64,000 nt of DNA from an uncultured Candidatus Entotheonella sp. (lineage in GTDB: Bacteria > Tectomicrobia > Entotheonellia > Entotheonellales > Entotheonellaceae): assembly GCA_965215335.1 (NCBI GenBank), contig CBDCDA010000001.1:1856001-1920000 (forward strand). The letters run 5' to 3'. The notes beneath the pieces are model-generated. The model saw only the letters and a list, made by a program, of their open reading frames with translations, was not told where the DNA came from and did not search any database. Of this stretch, positions 44,047 through 59,244 are shown piece after piece (positions within the stretch are counted from its first letter, which is position 1; the number at the start of each line of letters is the position of its first letter). A program made the position numbers and the translations under genes.

Positions 44047-44334
44047 ATGCCGCCAGGTTTCGAAGAAGACGCCGAGGATTCCGTGGTGACGGAAACCGCC
44101 TCGGGCCTCTCGGGGCGATTTTACCGCATATCCCGTATTGCGCTGGGCATTGCGCTGTTGATCGCCGGGTTGGCGGGGCTGGTATTGCCCGTTTTGCAAG
44201 GCGTGCTGCTGATCGTGGCCGCGCTGGCCATCCTTCGCAAGGACATTCCTTTTGTGGCGACGATTTGGGACCGCCGCGTGATTCCTCTGCAGCAACGGTA
44301 TCGGCGTTGGCGTGACGCCCGGCGCCACCGTTAG
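44047..44334 (+). CDS. Small membrane protein
   Basis: LGIALLIAGLAGLVLPVLQG hydrophobic hairpin. Confidence 0.7.
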   Translation: MPPGFEEDAEDSVVTETASGLSGRFYRISRIALGIALLIAGLAGLVLPVLQGVLLIVAALAILRKDIPFVATIWDRRVIPLQQRYRRWRDARRHR

Positions 44335-44377
44335 GCAAAAGCATCGGCACCTGGGCTCCAGGCGCCGGGAGTGCACG

Positions 44378-45187
44378 GTGAAAGCGACACCCTATTTCAT
44401 TCAAGTATCGGATACCCATCTCGTAGCCGACACCGGCCTGGAATCCCATGGGGTTAACCCCTACGAGAATCTCGAACGCATCATTGTCCATATTTCCCAC
44501 CTCGACCCGCTCCCCGCCTTTGTCATGTTCACCGGCGACCTGATTGGCGATGACGACCCGCAATCCTACCGCCATCTCGAGCTGCTGACCGCTCGATTGC
44601 CGAGCCCGGCGTACTTCGCCATGGGCAACCATGATCTGCGGCAGCCATTTCGTCGCGTCGTCCTGGGAGAGGCGTCGCCCGGTTCCGATCGGTATTACTA
44701 TACGTTTGATGCTGTCGGGCACCGTTTTGTCGTTCTCGATTCCCTGGTCGAGGGGCGAGTGGCGGGGATGTTGGACGCGGCGCAGCTCGCGTGGCTGGAA
44801 GCCACGCTGACGGACGGTTTGCAGCAACCGACGGTGGCGTTTATGCACCACCCGCCGGTTCCCACGGGGGTGGATTGGCTGGACGCCCATGCATTTGGAA
44901 ACGGGGATGATCTTGTGGACATCCTGGCCAGGCACCGACAGGTGCAACGGGTGTTCTTCGGGCACGTTCATATGCCGCTACAGATCACGGAGCGGGGGGT
45001 GCAGTTTACCAGTGTGCCATCCAGTGCCTACCAGTTCGGGGATACCATCAACGCCCCGAAGGTCTGGCCCGGCCCCCCCGGCTACGGCGTCGTGCACCTC
45101 CTGGAGGGGCGACTGAGCAGCCGTGTGGTTTATTTGCAGGACCCGGTCCTTCTCCGCAAGTTGCATCAAGCAGCGTCCGGGCGGTGA
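44378..45187 (+). CDS. Icc/CpdA-like metallophosphoesterase
   Basis: SDTH, TGDL, GNHD, HHPP, GHVH. Confidence 0.92.
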   Translation: MKATPYFIQVSDTHLVADTGLESHGVNPYENLERIIVHISHLDPLPAFVMFTGDLIGDDDPQSYRHLELLTARLPSPAYFAMGNHDLRQPFRRVVLGEASPGSDRYYYTFDAVGHRFVVLDSLVEGRVAGMLDAAQLAWLEATLTDGLQQPTVAFMHHPPVPTGVDWLDAHAFGNGDDLVDILARHRQVQRVFFGHVHMPLQITERGVQFTSVPSSAYQFGDTINAPKVWPGPPGYGVVHLLEGRLSSRVVYLQDPVLLRKLHQAASGR

Positions 45188-45878
45188 CAAACACCTGGTG
45201 AAACATGGCGCGCGTCAGGCGTCCGGTCTGCGTGTTCTGCCGGCTTGGGTGATACGAAGGTAACAAGGCGTGACCGGTTGGCAGACGCGTAAATTTTCCA
45301 TGCTCGAAGCGTGGACGCGGCGCTGGCAGGTCGTTGCCAATCTGTTGATGGGCACGCAGATAAGCGTCGAAAGCGAGACGTCCCAACGGGACGATCACGC
45401 GTACGTTGTTCAGCAGTCGCAACTCGTCCAGAAAATAGGGCTGGCAGTTCGCGATTTCCTGACGATCAGGTCTGTTGCCGGGCGGAACGCAGTGGACCAC
45501 CTGTGTGATGAAGCAATCGCGGAGGGTAAGACCATCTTGACGATGGGAAGACCCCGGCTGGTTTGCGAAGCGGTAGCGGTGCAAGGCTTCGTACAGCCAA
45601 TCACCACTGCGGTCGCCGGTGAAGGCGCGCCCCGTACGGTTGGCGCCATGCGCTGCCGGGGCCAGCCCGATGACCAGGAGTCGAGCAAGCGGGTCGCCGA
45701 AGCCGGGAACGGGTCTGCCCCAATAGGATTCGCTCCGAAACCGGCGCACCTTTTGAGCCGCCACGTGCTGGCGGTGCGCCACGAGCCGGGGGCAGCGAGC
45801 GCACTTGACAATGCGTTCCTGAATCTGCGCCAGCCTGGGCGCATCTTCAAATAGAGCAACCGCCCGTTCACGGCTCAC
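45048..45878 (-). CDS. udgB: Uracil-DNA glycosylase family 5
   Basis: CARCPRL, GLAPAAHGANRTG, HPSRQNT. Confidence 0.92.
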   Translation of the reverse strand: MSRERAVALFEDAPRLAQIQERIVKCARCPRLVAHRQHVAAQKVRRFRSESYWGRPVPGFGDPLARLLVIGLAPAAHGANRTGRAFTGDRSGDWLYEALHRYRFANQPGSSHRQDGLTLRDCFITQVVHCVPPGNRPDRQEIANCQPYFLDELRLLNNVRVIVPLGRLAFDAYLRAHQQIGNDLPAPRPRFEHGKFTRLPTGHALLPSYHPSRQNTQTGRLTRAMFHQVFVTARTLLDATCGEGPGPANKPHGCSVAPPGGARRRSRGGRARPSGR

Positions 45879-45904
45879 CTCGCTGTTGCCTCGCCACGAA
45901 CGCT

Positions 45905-46645
45905 CTAAAGTGACATCCCGCCATCGACGACATAGACCGCCCCAGTTACATAGGCCGCCTGTGAGGCCAGGAAGGCAACGACCTCCGCCACCTCTTCAGG
46001 TTGGCCGGCGCGCCCCAAGGGTATCCGTGACACCATCCGCTCCTTGCTGCGCGGCGTTAATCCAGACGTCATGTCCGTGTCAATATACCCGGGCATGACG
46101 ACATTCGCTGTAATGCCATGTGGCGCGACTTCTTTGGCCAGCGAACGGGTGAAGCCAACGAGGCCAGCCTTGGCGGCCCCGTAGGCGGTGTCGCCGGGCC
46201 AGCCAATGCGCCCCACGACAGAAGAAACATTAATGATGCGGCCGCTTTGCCGGGCCGTCATGTGTGGGACAACCCGCTGACAACAATGGAAGGCCCCTCT
46301 CAGACAGGAATCCATCACGCTCTCCCAATCGCTTTCCGGCAGGCGATGTACCTTTCCTCCCCTGTGCAAGGTGGCGTTGTTCACCAGGATATCGATCTGC
46401 CCGAAATGGTCGAGGACGTGCGACATCATCCGCTCCACGTCTTGTCTGGCCGTCACGTCGGCCTGCACCAGCAAGCTCTCCTGCCCGAGCGCCTGGATTT
46501 TCTTTTTGACCTCCATTGCGGCAGCGCGGCGGCTCACGAAGTTGACGACCACGCCAGCACCGGCTGTGGCGAGAGCAAGGGCTACCGCCCGTCCGATGCC
46601 GCGTGACGCGCCGCTGACCAGGGCGACCTTGCCATTTAGTGACAT
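45905..46645 (-). CDS. SDR family 3-oxoacyl-ACP reductase-like
   Basis: GASRGIG, NNA, YGAAK, VDGG. Confidence 0.92.
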   Translation of the reverse strand: MSLNGKVALVSGASRGIGRAVALALATAGAGVVVNFVSRRAAAMEVKKKIQALGQESLLVQADVTARQDVERMMSHVLDHFGQIDILVNNATLHRGGKVHRLPESDWESVMDSCLRGAFHCCQRVVPHMTARQSGRIINVSSVVGRIGWPGDTAYGAAKAGLVGFTRSLAKEVAPHGITANVVMPGYIDTDMTSGLTPRSKERMVSRIPLGRAGQPEEVAEVVAFLASQAAYVTGAVYVVDGGMSL

Positions 46646-46735
46646 GGGGGGCTTCCTTCATTGTGCGAGGACCCGAACAAAAGCATAATAGGCGCTCGCA
46701 TCCAGATCGAGCAAGGGAAGGTTGGCTGAATCGTT

Positions 46736-47605
46736 ATGGACGACACCGCGCCAACGTACAAGTTGCTGGATAGTGGCCACGGCAGGAAACTGGAACAAGT
46801 CGGTCCCTATCGCCTGGTACGTCCGGCCTCGCAGGCCCTGTGGCCGCCCTCACATCCCGCTGAATTTTGGGAAACGGCGGAAGCGTCTTACCAGCGCGGG
46901 CCTTCCGGGTCGGGTAAGTGGCAGCGCAAGAGATACGACTTGCCTGCCACGTGGACGTTGACCCATTGCGGACTGCCTTTGCGCATCAAATTGACCGATT
47001 TTGGCCACCTGGGTTTCTTCGCCGAGCACGGGCCGCACTGGCAATGGTTGCGGGAGCAGGTCGCCGTTGCGGGGCGACCGGTGAGCGTTCTCAATGCCTT
47101 CGCGTACACGGGAAGCAGTACGCTTGCTGCTGCTGCCGGAGGTGCCCGGGTGGTTCATCTGGATGCCGCCGAGGGCATTGTGGCGTGGGCGCGGGAGAAC
47201 GCCCAACTCGCCGGTCTGGCCGCTGCACCTGTCCGCTGGGTCGTCGACGACGTCACCAAATTTCTTGGTCGTGAAGTGCGCCGCGGCAGACGATACGATG
47301 TCATCGTACTCGACCCACCCTCCTTTGGCAGAGGTCCCAAGGGAGAAGTATGGAAACTGACCCACGATCTGCCACGGTTGCTTGACCTATGTCGCCAGGT
47401 GCTCAGCGACCCGCCGCTGGCGGTCGTGCTGAGCACCCACACCCCCGGCATTACGCCGTTAGTCTTGGAAAACATGCTGGCTGACGTAACGGGTCTGGAC
47501 CGCGGGCAACTGCGCAGCATGGAGATGCTGATTCCACAGTGCGGCAGCCCTCGCGGACTACCCAGCGGGGCGTTGGCGCGATGGCGCAGCGACACATACG
47601 GATGA
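46736..47605 (+). CDS. SAM-dependent methyltransferase (RlmI/RlmK-like rRNA methyltransferase)
   Basis: LNAFAYTG, LDPPSFGRG. Confidence 0.85.
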   Translation: MDDTAPTYKLLDSGHGRKLEQVGPYRLVRPASQALWPPSHPAEFWETAEASYQRGPSGSGKWQRKRYDLPATWTLTHCGLPLRIKLTDFGHLGFFAEHGPHWQWLREQVAVAGRPVSVLNAFAYTGSSTLAAAAGGARVVHLDAAEGIVAWARENAQLAGLAAAPVRWVVDDVTKFLGREVRRGRRYDVIVLDPPSFGRGPKGEVWKLTHDLPRLLDLCRQVLSDPPLAVVLSTHTPGITPLVLENMLADVTGLDRGQLRSMEMLIPQCGSPRGLPSGALARWRSDTYG

Positions 47606-48516
47606 AAGCTCCGATCACCAGCTTAAGCAATCCTGTCGTCAAGAACCTGGTGAAGCTGCGTCAGTACAGAGAGCGCGCGAAGCAGGGAATCCTGCTCATT
47701 GACGGTGCCCGTGCGTTGCGCATGGCGCTTCACAATGGCTTTCCTGTCTCGACGGTCTATGTCTCGCAAGCCGTGGCTGACAGACAGGCCGGTCTCATCC
47801 GGTATGCGCAAGACGCTGGCGGGCGCATACAACCGGTCACGCCCGCAGTATTCAGAAAAATTTGTTACGGCGAGCGCTCGGATGGGCTGCTTGGCGTTGC
47901 TCCCTGTCCGCGCGTCACCCTTGGCGACCTTCCCATGGCAGGCAGACCTTTATACCTCGTGGCTGAAGGACTGGAGAAACCCGGCAACCTGGGCGCCATG
48001 TTGCGGTCTGCTGATGCTGCGGCCGCTACGGCCCTCGTGGTTTGCGACGGCCGCACGGATATCTGGAACCCCAATGTCATTCGTGCCAGTCAAGGAGCGT
48101 GCTTTGCGGTGCCCGTTGCGGTTGCAACCGCCAATGACGCGCTGCTGTGGCTACGCCGCCGAGCGATCCAGGTCATTGCCACGGCGCCGTTAGCGCCGCG
48201 GCTGTACTCCGAGATTGACCTGCGACAACCAAGCGCCCTGGTGTTGGGAACCGAACATGACGGCCTGACATCCGTGTGGAGCGGCGAAAACCGCGTGCGC
48301 ATTCCGATGGCAGGACAAGTGGACTCCCTGAACGTTGCTCAGGCAGCTTCCATTTTGTTGTTCGAGGCCGTGAGGCAACGAACCAACAAGACGCCCACGC
48401 ATAGCGACTTGAGCGTGACGAACAGATCGAAAGACGGAGAAGAGGCCGTAACGGGTGAATCGACGGTCGCCGCATGCAAAAATTTTCATGACCAACCGTT
48501 GACAAAGTCGATGTAG
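47602..48516 (+). CDS. TrmH/SpoU family RNA methyltransferase
   Basis: ITSLSNP, PGNLGAMLRSADA, GTEHDGL, IPM.G.VDSLNV; ATGA overlap with the upstream gene. Confidence 0.93.
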   Translation: MKAPITSLSNPVVKNLVKLRQYRERAKQGILLIDGARALRMALHNGFPVSTVYVSQAVADRQAGLIRYAQDAGGRIQPVTPAVFRKICYGERSDGLLGVAPCPRVTLGDLPMAGRPLYLVAEGLEKPGNLGAMLRSADAAAATALVVCDGRTDIWNPNVIRASQGACFAVPVAVATANDALLWLRRRAIQVIATAPLAPRLYSEIDLRQPSALVLGTEHDGLTSVWSGENRVRIPMAGQVDSLNVAQAASILLFEAVRQRTNKTPTHSDLSVTNRSKDGEEAVTGESTVAACKNFHDQPLTKSM

Positions 48517-48527
48517 GGCTGTATCTT
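48499..48527 (+). promoter_or_regulatory. rRNA operon promoter
   Basis: TTGACA-17 nt-TATCTT; boxA-like AGTTCTTTGAAA at 48552. Confidence 0.75.
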
Positions 48528-48658
48528 GACCCTTACCTTGAGTTCGAAGGTAGTTCTTTGAAATCGTACGATGATTCGCGTTTGTTGAGTAGAGGCCCAT
48601 ATTGAATATGGCCGGAAAGCTCTCCCCAGGGAGGGCTGGCTGGGTCATATGCCTTTTC

Positions 48659-50222
<1,564 letters not shown>

Positions 50223-50362
50223 TAGGGAGTCCTGGTCTTCTGTATTTGCAGAAGGCGGAGACTGCAAAGCTGCCTTGCTCTCGGATGCGAATCTCGTACG
50301 ATTTCTTCAGTTCTTTGACAATGACATGATGCGACACCAAGTCTGTTTGTAGTTTAGATAAG

Positions 50363-53360
<2,998 letters not shown>

Positions 53361-53430
53361 TTAGCATACGCTGGCTTGGCGCATCGTGTCATTGTTGAGA
53401 GACCTCGTACCGGTTGACACTTTTCTGGAT

Positions 53431-53548
53431 TTTCGGCAGCTATAGCGAAGGGGCAATACCCGTTCCCATCCCGAACACGGAAGTGAAGTCCTTCAGCGCC
53501 GATGGTACTGCACGGGTCGCTGTGTGGGAGAGTAGGTCGCTGCCGAAA
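53431..53548 (+). rRNA. rrf: 5S rRNA
   Basis: CCCATCCCGAACAC, GATGGTACT, terminal stem TTTCGGCAGC/GCTGCCGAAA. Confidence 0.97.
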
Positions 53549-53603
53549 TTTCCGGCCCACCATTTCTTCGCTGCCCATCGTGACTACTCTTCGCACAATC
53601 GGA

Positions 53604-53626
53604 GCATGAGACCGGCGGTCTCATGC
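53604..53626 (+). terminator. Hairpin downstream of 5S (possible rrn terminator)
   Basis: GCATGAGACC-ggc-GGTCTCATGC; no U-tract. Confidence 0.4.
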
Positions 53627-53876
53627 CTGAGGCAAGAGTTGCCGGCGTGCCAGCCCGCGTGATCAACAAACTCAATACCCGCCTGTGGACTGTAACCCCT
53701 CCTTTCCAACAAACGAAACGACGCGTCTCCTTGCCAACTCGATAGCTCACTTCCTGCCCAAGCCGTGACAGTCCCCCGTGCCAACGCCCCAGGAATCCTG
53801 GCGCAAGCGTTTCTCGAACTGGTCGCAGGGTGAGCTTGTGGCCTCTGCGGGGTGGATTCAGAGCGAGTAAGAGGAT

Positions 53877-55412
53877 ATGTCGAGAGAGTTCCTGACGCCG
53901 GAAGATCGGCAGGTCATGATTTCCCGGGGGAGCACGGAAGAGACCGTGGCGGCGCAGCTGGCTCTTTTCCAGAAAGGGACGCCATGGATCAGGCTGCATC
54001 GACCCTGTACGGTCGGCGATGGCATTGTCGGACTTCGTACGGACGAGATGGAGGTTTTGTCACAGTTATATGCAAAGGCTGTTGCTGCTGGTCGGGTCAT
54101 GAAATTCGTGCCGGCGTCTGGAGCGGCCTCGCGGATGTTTCAGGGACTCTTGCAACAGTTGGAGACGGCGCCTGCAACCCCGAACGACGAAGAGCCGGTT
54201 TCCGGCCGGTTTTTGACGGACCTGCACCGCTTTGCGTTCTATGATGACCTGAAAGCAACCTTGCGCGCTGCAGGACTCGATATCCGGGCATGCATCGCGC
54301 AACGCCGACTTCACAAGATCATGGAACATCTCTTGACATCGCGCGGGCTCGATTACGCCAATTTGCCCAAGGCGCTAATCAAATTTCATCGCTACGCTGG
54401 CTATTGTCGAACGCCTCTGGAAGAACACGTGGTGGATGCCACGGCGCATGCACTCGACCGGGATCATGTCGTTCGAGTGCACTTTACAATCAGCCCGGGA
54501 TGTGAGGCCGAGATCAATCGTTCTATTGAGGAAATGCAGGAGCGTTACAAAGCGACAGGAATTCAGTACCGCATCACGTTGTCGCACCAGTACGCCTCGA
54601 CCGATACGATTGCAGTCGATTCTGACAATCGTCCTTTCCGTGATGGATATCATCGATTGTTGTTCAGACCGGGGGGGCACGGTGCCCTGATCGAGAACCT
54701 GCAGGCGATTCAGGCCGACGTTGTTCACTTGAACAATATCGACAACGTGGTTCACGGCCGTCTCAAGAACGAAACGTACCTCTACAAGAGAGCCTTGGGC
54801 GGTTATCTTGTCGCCTTGCAAGATCAGATATTTACCCACTTGAGACGTTTGGCGGCTGGGCAGGTGAGTTCTTCGCAGATAGGGAAAATCTTCACGTTTG
54901 CCAAAGAAAATTTGTCACTGAGCGTGCCAGGAGAACTGCTTGGGCGACCGACCACCGAGCAGTCGCACTTTCTATTTGCGAAACTCAACAGGCCCTTGCG
55001 CGTCTGCGGCGTGGTGAAGAACCTCGGGGAACCGGGCGGCGGGCCGTTCTGGACGGAAAGCGCTGCGGGCAATCTGTCATTGCAAATCGTAGAGAAGTCG
55101 CAAGTCGACACCTCGGCGGAGAAGCAACGAGCCATTTTGAACGCCTCGACCCATTTTAATCCGGTGGATATCGTCTGCGGAATGCGTGATTACCAGGATC
55201 AGCCTTTCAGACTTGAGGCGTTCAGGGACCCGGACGCCTATTTCATCTCCAACAAAACCCACGAAGGGCGTCCTTTGAAAGCCCTTGAGCTTCCGGGCTT
55301 GTGGAACGGCGCCATGGCTCACTGGAACACGGTGTTCGTGGAAGTACCTCCCAGCACCTTTAATCCGGTCAAAACCGTGTTCGATCTCCTGCGCCCGGAA
55401 CACCAGCCGTAG
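53877..55412 (+). CDS. DUF4301 family protein (nucleotidyltransferase-like)
   Basis: KFVPASGAASRMF, FRPGGHGALIENL, GEPGGGPF, THFNPVD, ELPGLWNG. Confidence 0.9.
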   Translation: MSREFLTPEDRQVMISRGSTEETVAAQLALFQKGTPWIRLHRPCTVGDGIVGLRTDEMEVLSQLYAKAVAAGRVMKFVPASGAASRMFQGLLQQLETAPATPNDEEPVSGRFLTDLHRFAFYDDLKATLRAAGLDIRACIAQRRLHKIMEHLLTSRGLDYANLPKALIKFHRYAGYCRTPLEEHVVDATAHALDRDHVVRVHFTISPGCEAEINRSIEEMQERYKATGIQYRITLSHQYASTDTIAVDSDNRPFRDGYHRLLFRPGGHGALIENLQAIQADVVHLNNIDNVVHGRLKNETYLYKRALGGYLVALQDQIFTHLRRLAAGQVSSSQIGKIFTFAKENLSLSVPGELLGRPTTEQSHFLFAKLNRPLRVCGVVKNLGEPGGGPFWTESAAGNLSLQIVEKSQVDTSAEKQRAILNASTHFNPVDIVCGMRDYQDQPFRLEAFRDPDAYFISNKTHEGRPLKALELPGLWNGAMAHWNTVFVEVPPSTFNPVKTVFDLLRPEHQP

Positions 55413-55550
55413 AGCGCACCCAGGTGGGTGGTTTGAATTGATCACTTGGAACCCCGACCTGATTCGCCATAAGCCTTGAGCAGCAGGAACTCCTCGTCTC
55501 GACCTCACCGAACAGTCCAAGCAGCCGCTTCCTTCTGATTGAGCAGCCGT

Positions 55551-55769
55551 TCACGACGTGGTATCGGCGACCTCGTCCAACAGGGCATCCAATACGGCGG
55601 TGCGAGACTGCAGAGGCAGCAACAGCGTCTGCTCGATGATCTCCTTCAAATCCGTCATGTCGGGATGCATGTCGTCGGTCATGCCTTCCAGCGTCAGAAC
55701 GGCCTGTTCCAGCGAGTCCTTGGCGTCTTCCAACCCCATAAGCACTTCTTCAATCAGAACGATAGCCAT
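55551..55769 (-). CDS. 72-aa acidic helical hypothetical protein
   Basis: GAGGAGG RBS; amphipathic two-helix pattern. Confidence 0.65.
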   Translation of the reverse strand: MAIVLIEEVLMGLEDAKDSLEQAVLTLEGMTDDMHPDMTDLKEIIEQTLLLPLQSRTAVLDALLDEVADTTS

Positions 55770-55823
55770 ATTTTGTCCTCCTCAGGCCGATGACATTATA
55801 TGCTTGTGGTCATGTAACCCTTG

Positions 55824-56666
55824 TCATGCTCGGAAATCATCTGCATCGCCAAGGTTACCACAGTGCCGACCTGGTGTTCCATCCGGTTGCGTCGCCGCCG
55901 ATGTCAATTCTTGCAACAGGGCATGGTAACGTTCCGCCCCGCCCTCCTTCCAGGCCGCCAACAACGCGGTGCCAATGATCCCGATGTCAACGAGCCCTTT
56001 GACTTGCTGCAAGTCCTGGTGTGTGCGCAGGCCAAATCCCAACGCCAGCGGCAAGGATGTGGCTGAGCGACACCGCGCGATGAAGGCTTCCAGGCGCTCA
56101 TCGACCTGCGTATGGCGGCCGGTCACCCCCCGGCGCGCGACGCAGTACACGAAGCCGCTGGCTTTGTCGGCGATCTCCCGCAGTCGCGGCTCGGAGTTGA
56201 CCGGCGTCATCATGACAATCGGCGCTTGCTGGTAGGCGGCCGCGTATTGATGCAGGTCGTCAGCCTCTTCCGGCGGCAGGTCGGCCACGATGAACCCGTC
56301 GCCGCCATGCTCTGCCAGGCAAGCGCAAAAGCGCTCGTGGCCCATCTGAAGAATGCTGTTGTAATACCCCATCATCAGGACTTTGAAATCAAATGCCGCG
56401 GTGGCCCGCTGCATGAACGCGAAGTAGGTTTCCCAGGCGACGCCGGCTTCGAGCGCGCGCTGGTTGGCGTGTACGAACACCGGACCGTCGGCGATCGGTT
56501 CGCTGAAGGGGAGCTGGAGTTCTACGAGATCGACATCCGCCCGCTGCATGGTCTCCAGCATGGTCATGTTGGCCTCGAAGGATGGGTATCCGACGATGGC
56601 ATGGGTCATCAGCAGGGGCCGTTTCCGCTGCAAGCGCTGGCGAATATAGCCTTCCAAGTGCGTCAT
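55824..56666 (-). CDS. trpA: Tryptophan synthase alpha chain
   Basis: ELQLPFSEPIADGP, DLPPEE, GVTG, LGFG. Confidence 0.95.
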   Translation of the reverse strand: MTHLEGYIRQRLQRKRPLLMTHAIVGYPSFEANMTMLETMQRADVDLVELQLPFSEPIADGPVFVHANQRALEAGVAWETYFAFMQRATAAFDFKVLMMGYYNSILQMGHERFCACLAEHGGDGFIVADLPPEEADDLHQYAAAYQQAPIVMMTPVNSEPRLREIADKASGFVYCVARRGVTGRHTQVDERLEAFIARCRSATSLPLALGFGLRTHQDLQQVKGLVDIGIIGTALLAAWKEGGAERYHALLQELTSAATQPDGTPGRHCGNLGDADDFRA

Positions 56667-57949
56667 GCCGGTGCCCCGTCGCTCGTGGTTGTCCCTGCCT
56701 CCCATTCCCCCACCTTTTGCCGTAAAAATGCCCGCCAGGGATCGTCGCCGAGGGCTTCGGCAATCGTGAAAATGTCCTTGTCACCCCGTCCCGACTGATT
56801 GATCAGAATACCGTCTTGGGGTGACAGATGCGGCGCTTCCTGCAGCGCGGTGACAAAGGCGTGGGTGCTTTCCAGAGCGGGAATGATGCCCTCGCGCCGC
56901 ATCACGTGCTGCAATGAGGCCAGGACATCGGCATCCGTGGCGGCTTCAACGCGGATGCGGCCAATATCGTGCAGGTGCGCCAGGACGGGACCCACACCCA
57001 CATAATCCAGACCTGCCGAGACCGAGTGCGTCGGCCGCATCTGCCCTTCGGCAGTTTGCAGGAAGCGCGTTTTGTAACCCTGCGCCACCCCGGTGGACCC
57101 CATGTTGCACGCCAGCCGAGCCGCATGCCGGCCGCTGTCCAGACCCCCTCCGCCTGCTTCGATGCCCACCAGTTCCACCGCCGCGTCATCCAGAAAGCCG
57201 GCGAAGATTCCCGAGGCATTCGATCCACCACCGACACACGCATAAACCCTTTTGGGCAGCTTGCCGGTCTGTTCCAACATCTGCGAACGGGCCTCTCGGC
57301 CAATAAGCGATTGAAAGTAGGTGACCATCTGCGGGAAGGGATGCGGACCGCATACCGTGCCCATGACGTAGTGCGTCGTGTGCATCGAGTCGGCCCAGTC
57401 GCGCAGCGTGGCGTTGATGGCGTCTTTCAGCGTTTTGGTGCCGTCGTTCACGGACACCACGCGTGCGCCCAGTTGCTCCATCCAGAACACGTTTGGCCGC
57501 TGCCGCTCTACATCCACCGACCCCATGTAAATCGCGCACTCGAATCCCATGCGCGCCGCCATGGTTGCCGTGGCCACACCGTGCTGCCCGGCCCCCGTTT
57601 CCGCAATCACCCGCTGTTTCCCCATGCGCTGCACCAGCAACCCCTGCCCCATCACGTTGTTGACCTTGTGCGCGCCAGTGTGGTTCAGGTCTTCCCGCTT
57701 GACGTAGATCTGCGCACCGCCAAGGTCCTTGCTCAAATTTTCCAGATGGGTCAGCGGCGTGGGACGGCAGGAGTAACTCGACATCAAGGCAACATACGCA
57801 TCCCAGAAGGCAGGGTCGGCCTGGGCGTCATTGAAGGCCGCCGTCAATTCCCGAATGGTTTCGTGCAGGATTTCCGGGATGAATGCGCCGCCGAACTGCC
57901 CGTAATAACCCTCGCGGCCGACGGGAAATTGGAAAAGTTCGGCGTACAT
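56663..57949 (-). CDS. trpB: Tryptophan synthase beta chain
   Basis: KREDLNHTGAHK, AETGAGQHG, GGGSN, SGRGDKD. Confidence 0.97.
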   Translation of the reverse strand: MYAELFQFPVGREGYYGQFGGAFIPEILHETIRELTAAFNDAQADPAFWDAYVALMSSYSCRPTPLTHLENLSKDLGGAQIYVKREDLNHTGAHKVNNVMGQGLLVQRMGKQRVIAETGAGQHGVATATMAARMGFECAIYMGSVDVERQRPNVFWMEQLGARVVSVNDGTKTLKDAINATLRDWADSMHTTHYVMGTVCGPHPFPQMVTYFQSLIGREARSQMLEQTGKLPKRVYACVGGGSNASGIFAGFLDDAAVELVGIEAGGGGLDSGRHAARLACNMGSTGVAQGYKTRFLQTAEGQMRPTHSVSAGLDYVGVGPVLAHLHDIGRIRVEAATDADVLASLQHVMRREGIIPALESTHAFVTALQEAPHLSPQDGILINQSGRGDKDIFTIAEALGDDPWRAFLRQKVGEWEAGTTTSDGAPA

Positions 57950-58074
57950 GGGTCGCTGCTCCATCCAAAAGGACTGTTCTGGAGGTTTCTTGCTCTGAGA
58001 GCAGTGTATGGTAGCATGATTTGCCTGCCTGCAGCACATGCGGTGACCGGCGCAACGCCGAGAGGAGCGTATCC

Positions 58075-59241
58075 ATGACCTTGAAGGACCGAGCCTGCAT
58101 CGTCGGGGTTGGTGAAAGCGCTTACACCAGGGGGTCACAAAAGACCGTCCTGCGCTTGGTGCTGGAAGCCTCCCGGCACGCCATCCGCGACGCCGGGTTG
58201 ACCGTACAGGATATTGACGGCTTCGTTCTGTCTTCATCCTACATCTACCAGGAAGCCCTGGCCGCCAATCTGGGGGTGAGCGACCTGCGGTATTCCACCA
58301 CGGTGCAAATGGGCGGCGCCAGTCCGGTAACGGCCTTGCAGAGCGCCGCCATGGCCGTTACCCTGGGCGTTGCCCGTAACGTGCTGGTCCCTTTTGGCTG
58401 GAACGGCTACTCGGAGGCGCGCATCAGCCGCCGCGAACGACCCGACGCGCCGCCGCGGCCCGATAACGCTCTGAGCCAGGCCCTGCGCAATTACTATGCG
58501 CCCTATGGCGCGCTGGCCCCGGTCCAACACTACGCCTGGCTGGCCACGCGGCATCGGGAACTCCATGGCACGACTGACGAAGAAATGGCCGAGGTGGTTC
58601 TCGCCAGCCGTTTTCACGCTCAGCACAACCCGCGCGCCTACATGTATGGCCGTACGTTGACCCTGGAACAGTATCTCCAATCTCCCATGATCGCTTCCCC
58701 TTTCCGCGTTCTTGATTGCTGTCTGGAAACAGACGGCGCCTGTGCGGTGGTCGTGACGGCGGCGGAGCGCGCTGCCGACCTGCGACATGACCCCGTCTAC
58801 ATCATGGGCATTGCGGAAGGACATCCCTATCCTGCGGACGATATCCCGAATCGCCCTGACTTCCTCAAGATTGGCCTCGGCTTCGCCGCCCCGCACGCCT
58901 TTGGAATGGCTGGCGTGGCGCCTCGGGATGTGGATTTTGTCCAGGTCTACGATTGCTTTACGTACGTCGTGATGCTGCAGTTGGAAGCGCTCGGCTTCTG
59001 CGCGGTGGGCGAGTCGCGTGAGTTCGTCAAAGGCGGCACGTTACGCATCGACGGCGACTTGCCCTGCAACACGCACGGTGGTTTGCATTCCGAGGCGCAC
59101 GTGTGGGGGCTCAATCACGTCGTGGAGGCGACCCGGCAATTGCGGCATGAAGCCGGTTTGCAGGTGGCGGACTGCGAGTTGGGTTTGGTGACCGGCTGGG
59201 GGGATTTCGGCGATGGCAGCCTGGTCATTCTCAGGAGGTAA
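58075..59241 (+). CDS. Thiolase-superfamily protein (SCP-x/Ltp2-like)
   Basis: [19 protein letters not shown]; no thiolase catalytic Cys. Confidence 0.88.
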   Translation: MTLKDRACIVGVGESAYTRGSQKTVLRLVLEASRHAIRDAGLTVQDIDGFVLSSSYIYQEALAANLGVSDLRYSTTVQMGGASPVTALQSAAMAVTLGVARNVLVPFGWNGYSEARISRRERPDAPPRPDNALSQALRNYYAPYGALAPVQHYAWLATRHRELHGTTDEEMAEVVLASRFHAQHNPRAYMYGRTLTLEQYLQSPMIASPFRVLDCCLETDGACAVVVTAAERAADLRHDPVYIMGIAEGHPYPADDIPNRPDFLKIGLGFAAPHAFGMAGVAPRDVDFVQVYDCFTYVVMLQLEALGFCAVGESREFVKGGTLRIDGDLPCNTHGGLHSEAHVWGLNHVVEATRQLRHEAGLQVADCELGLVTGWGDFGDGSLVILRR

Positions 59242-59244
59242 CCG

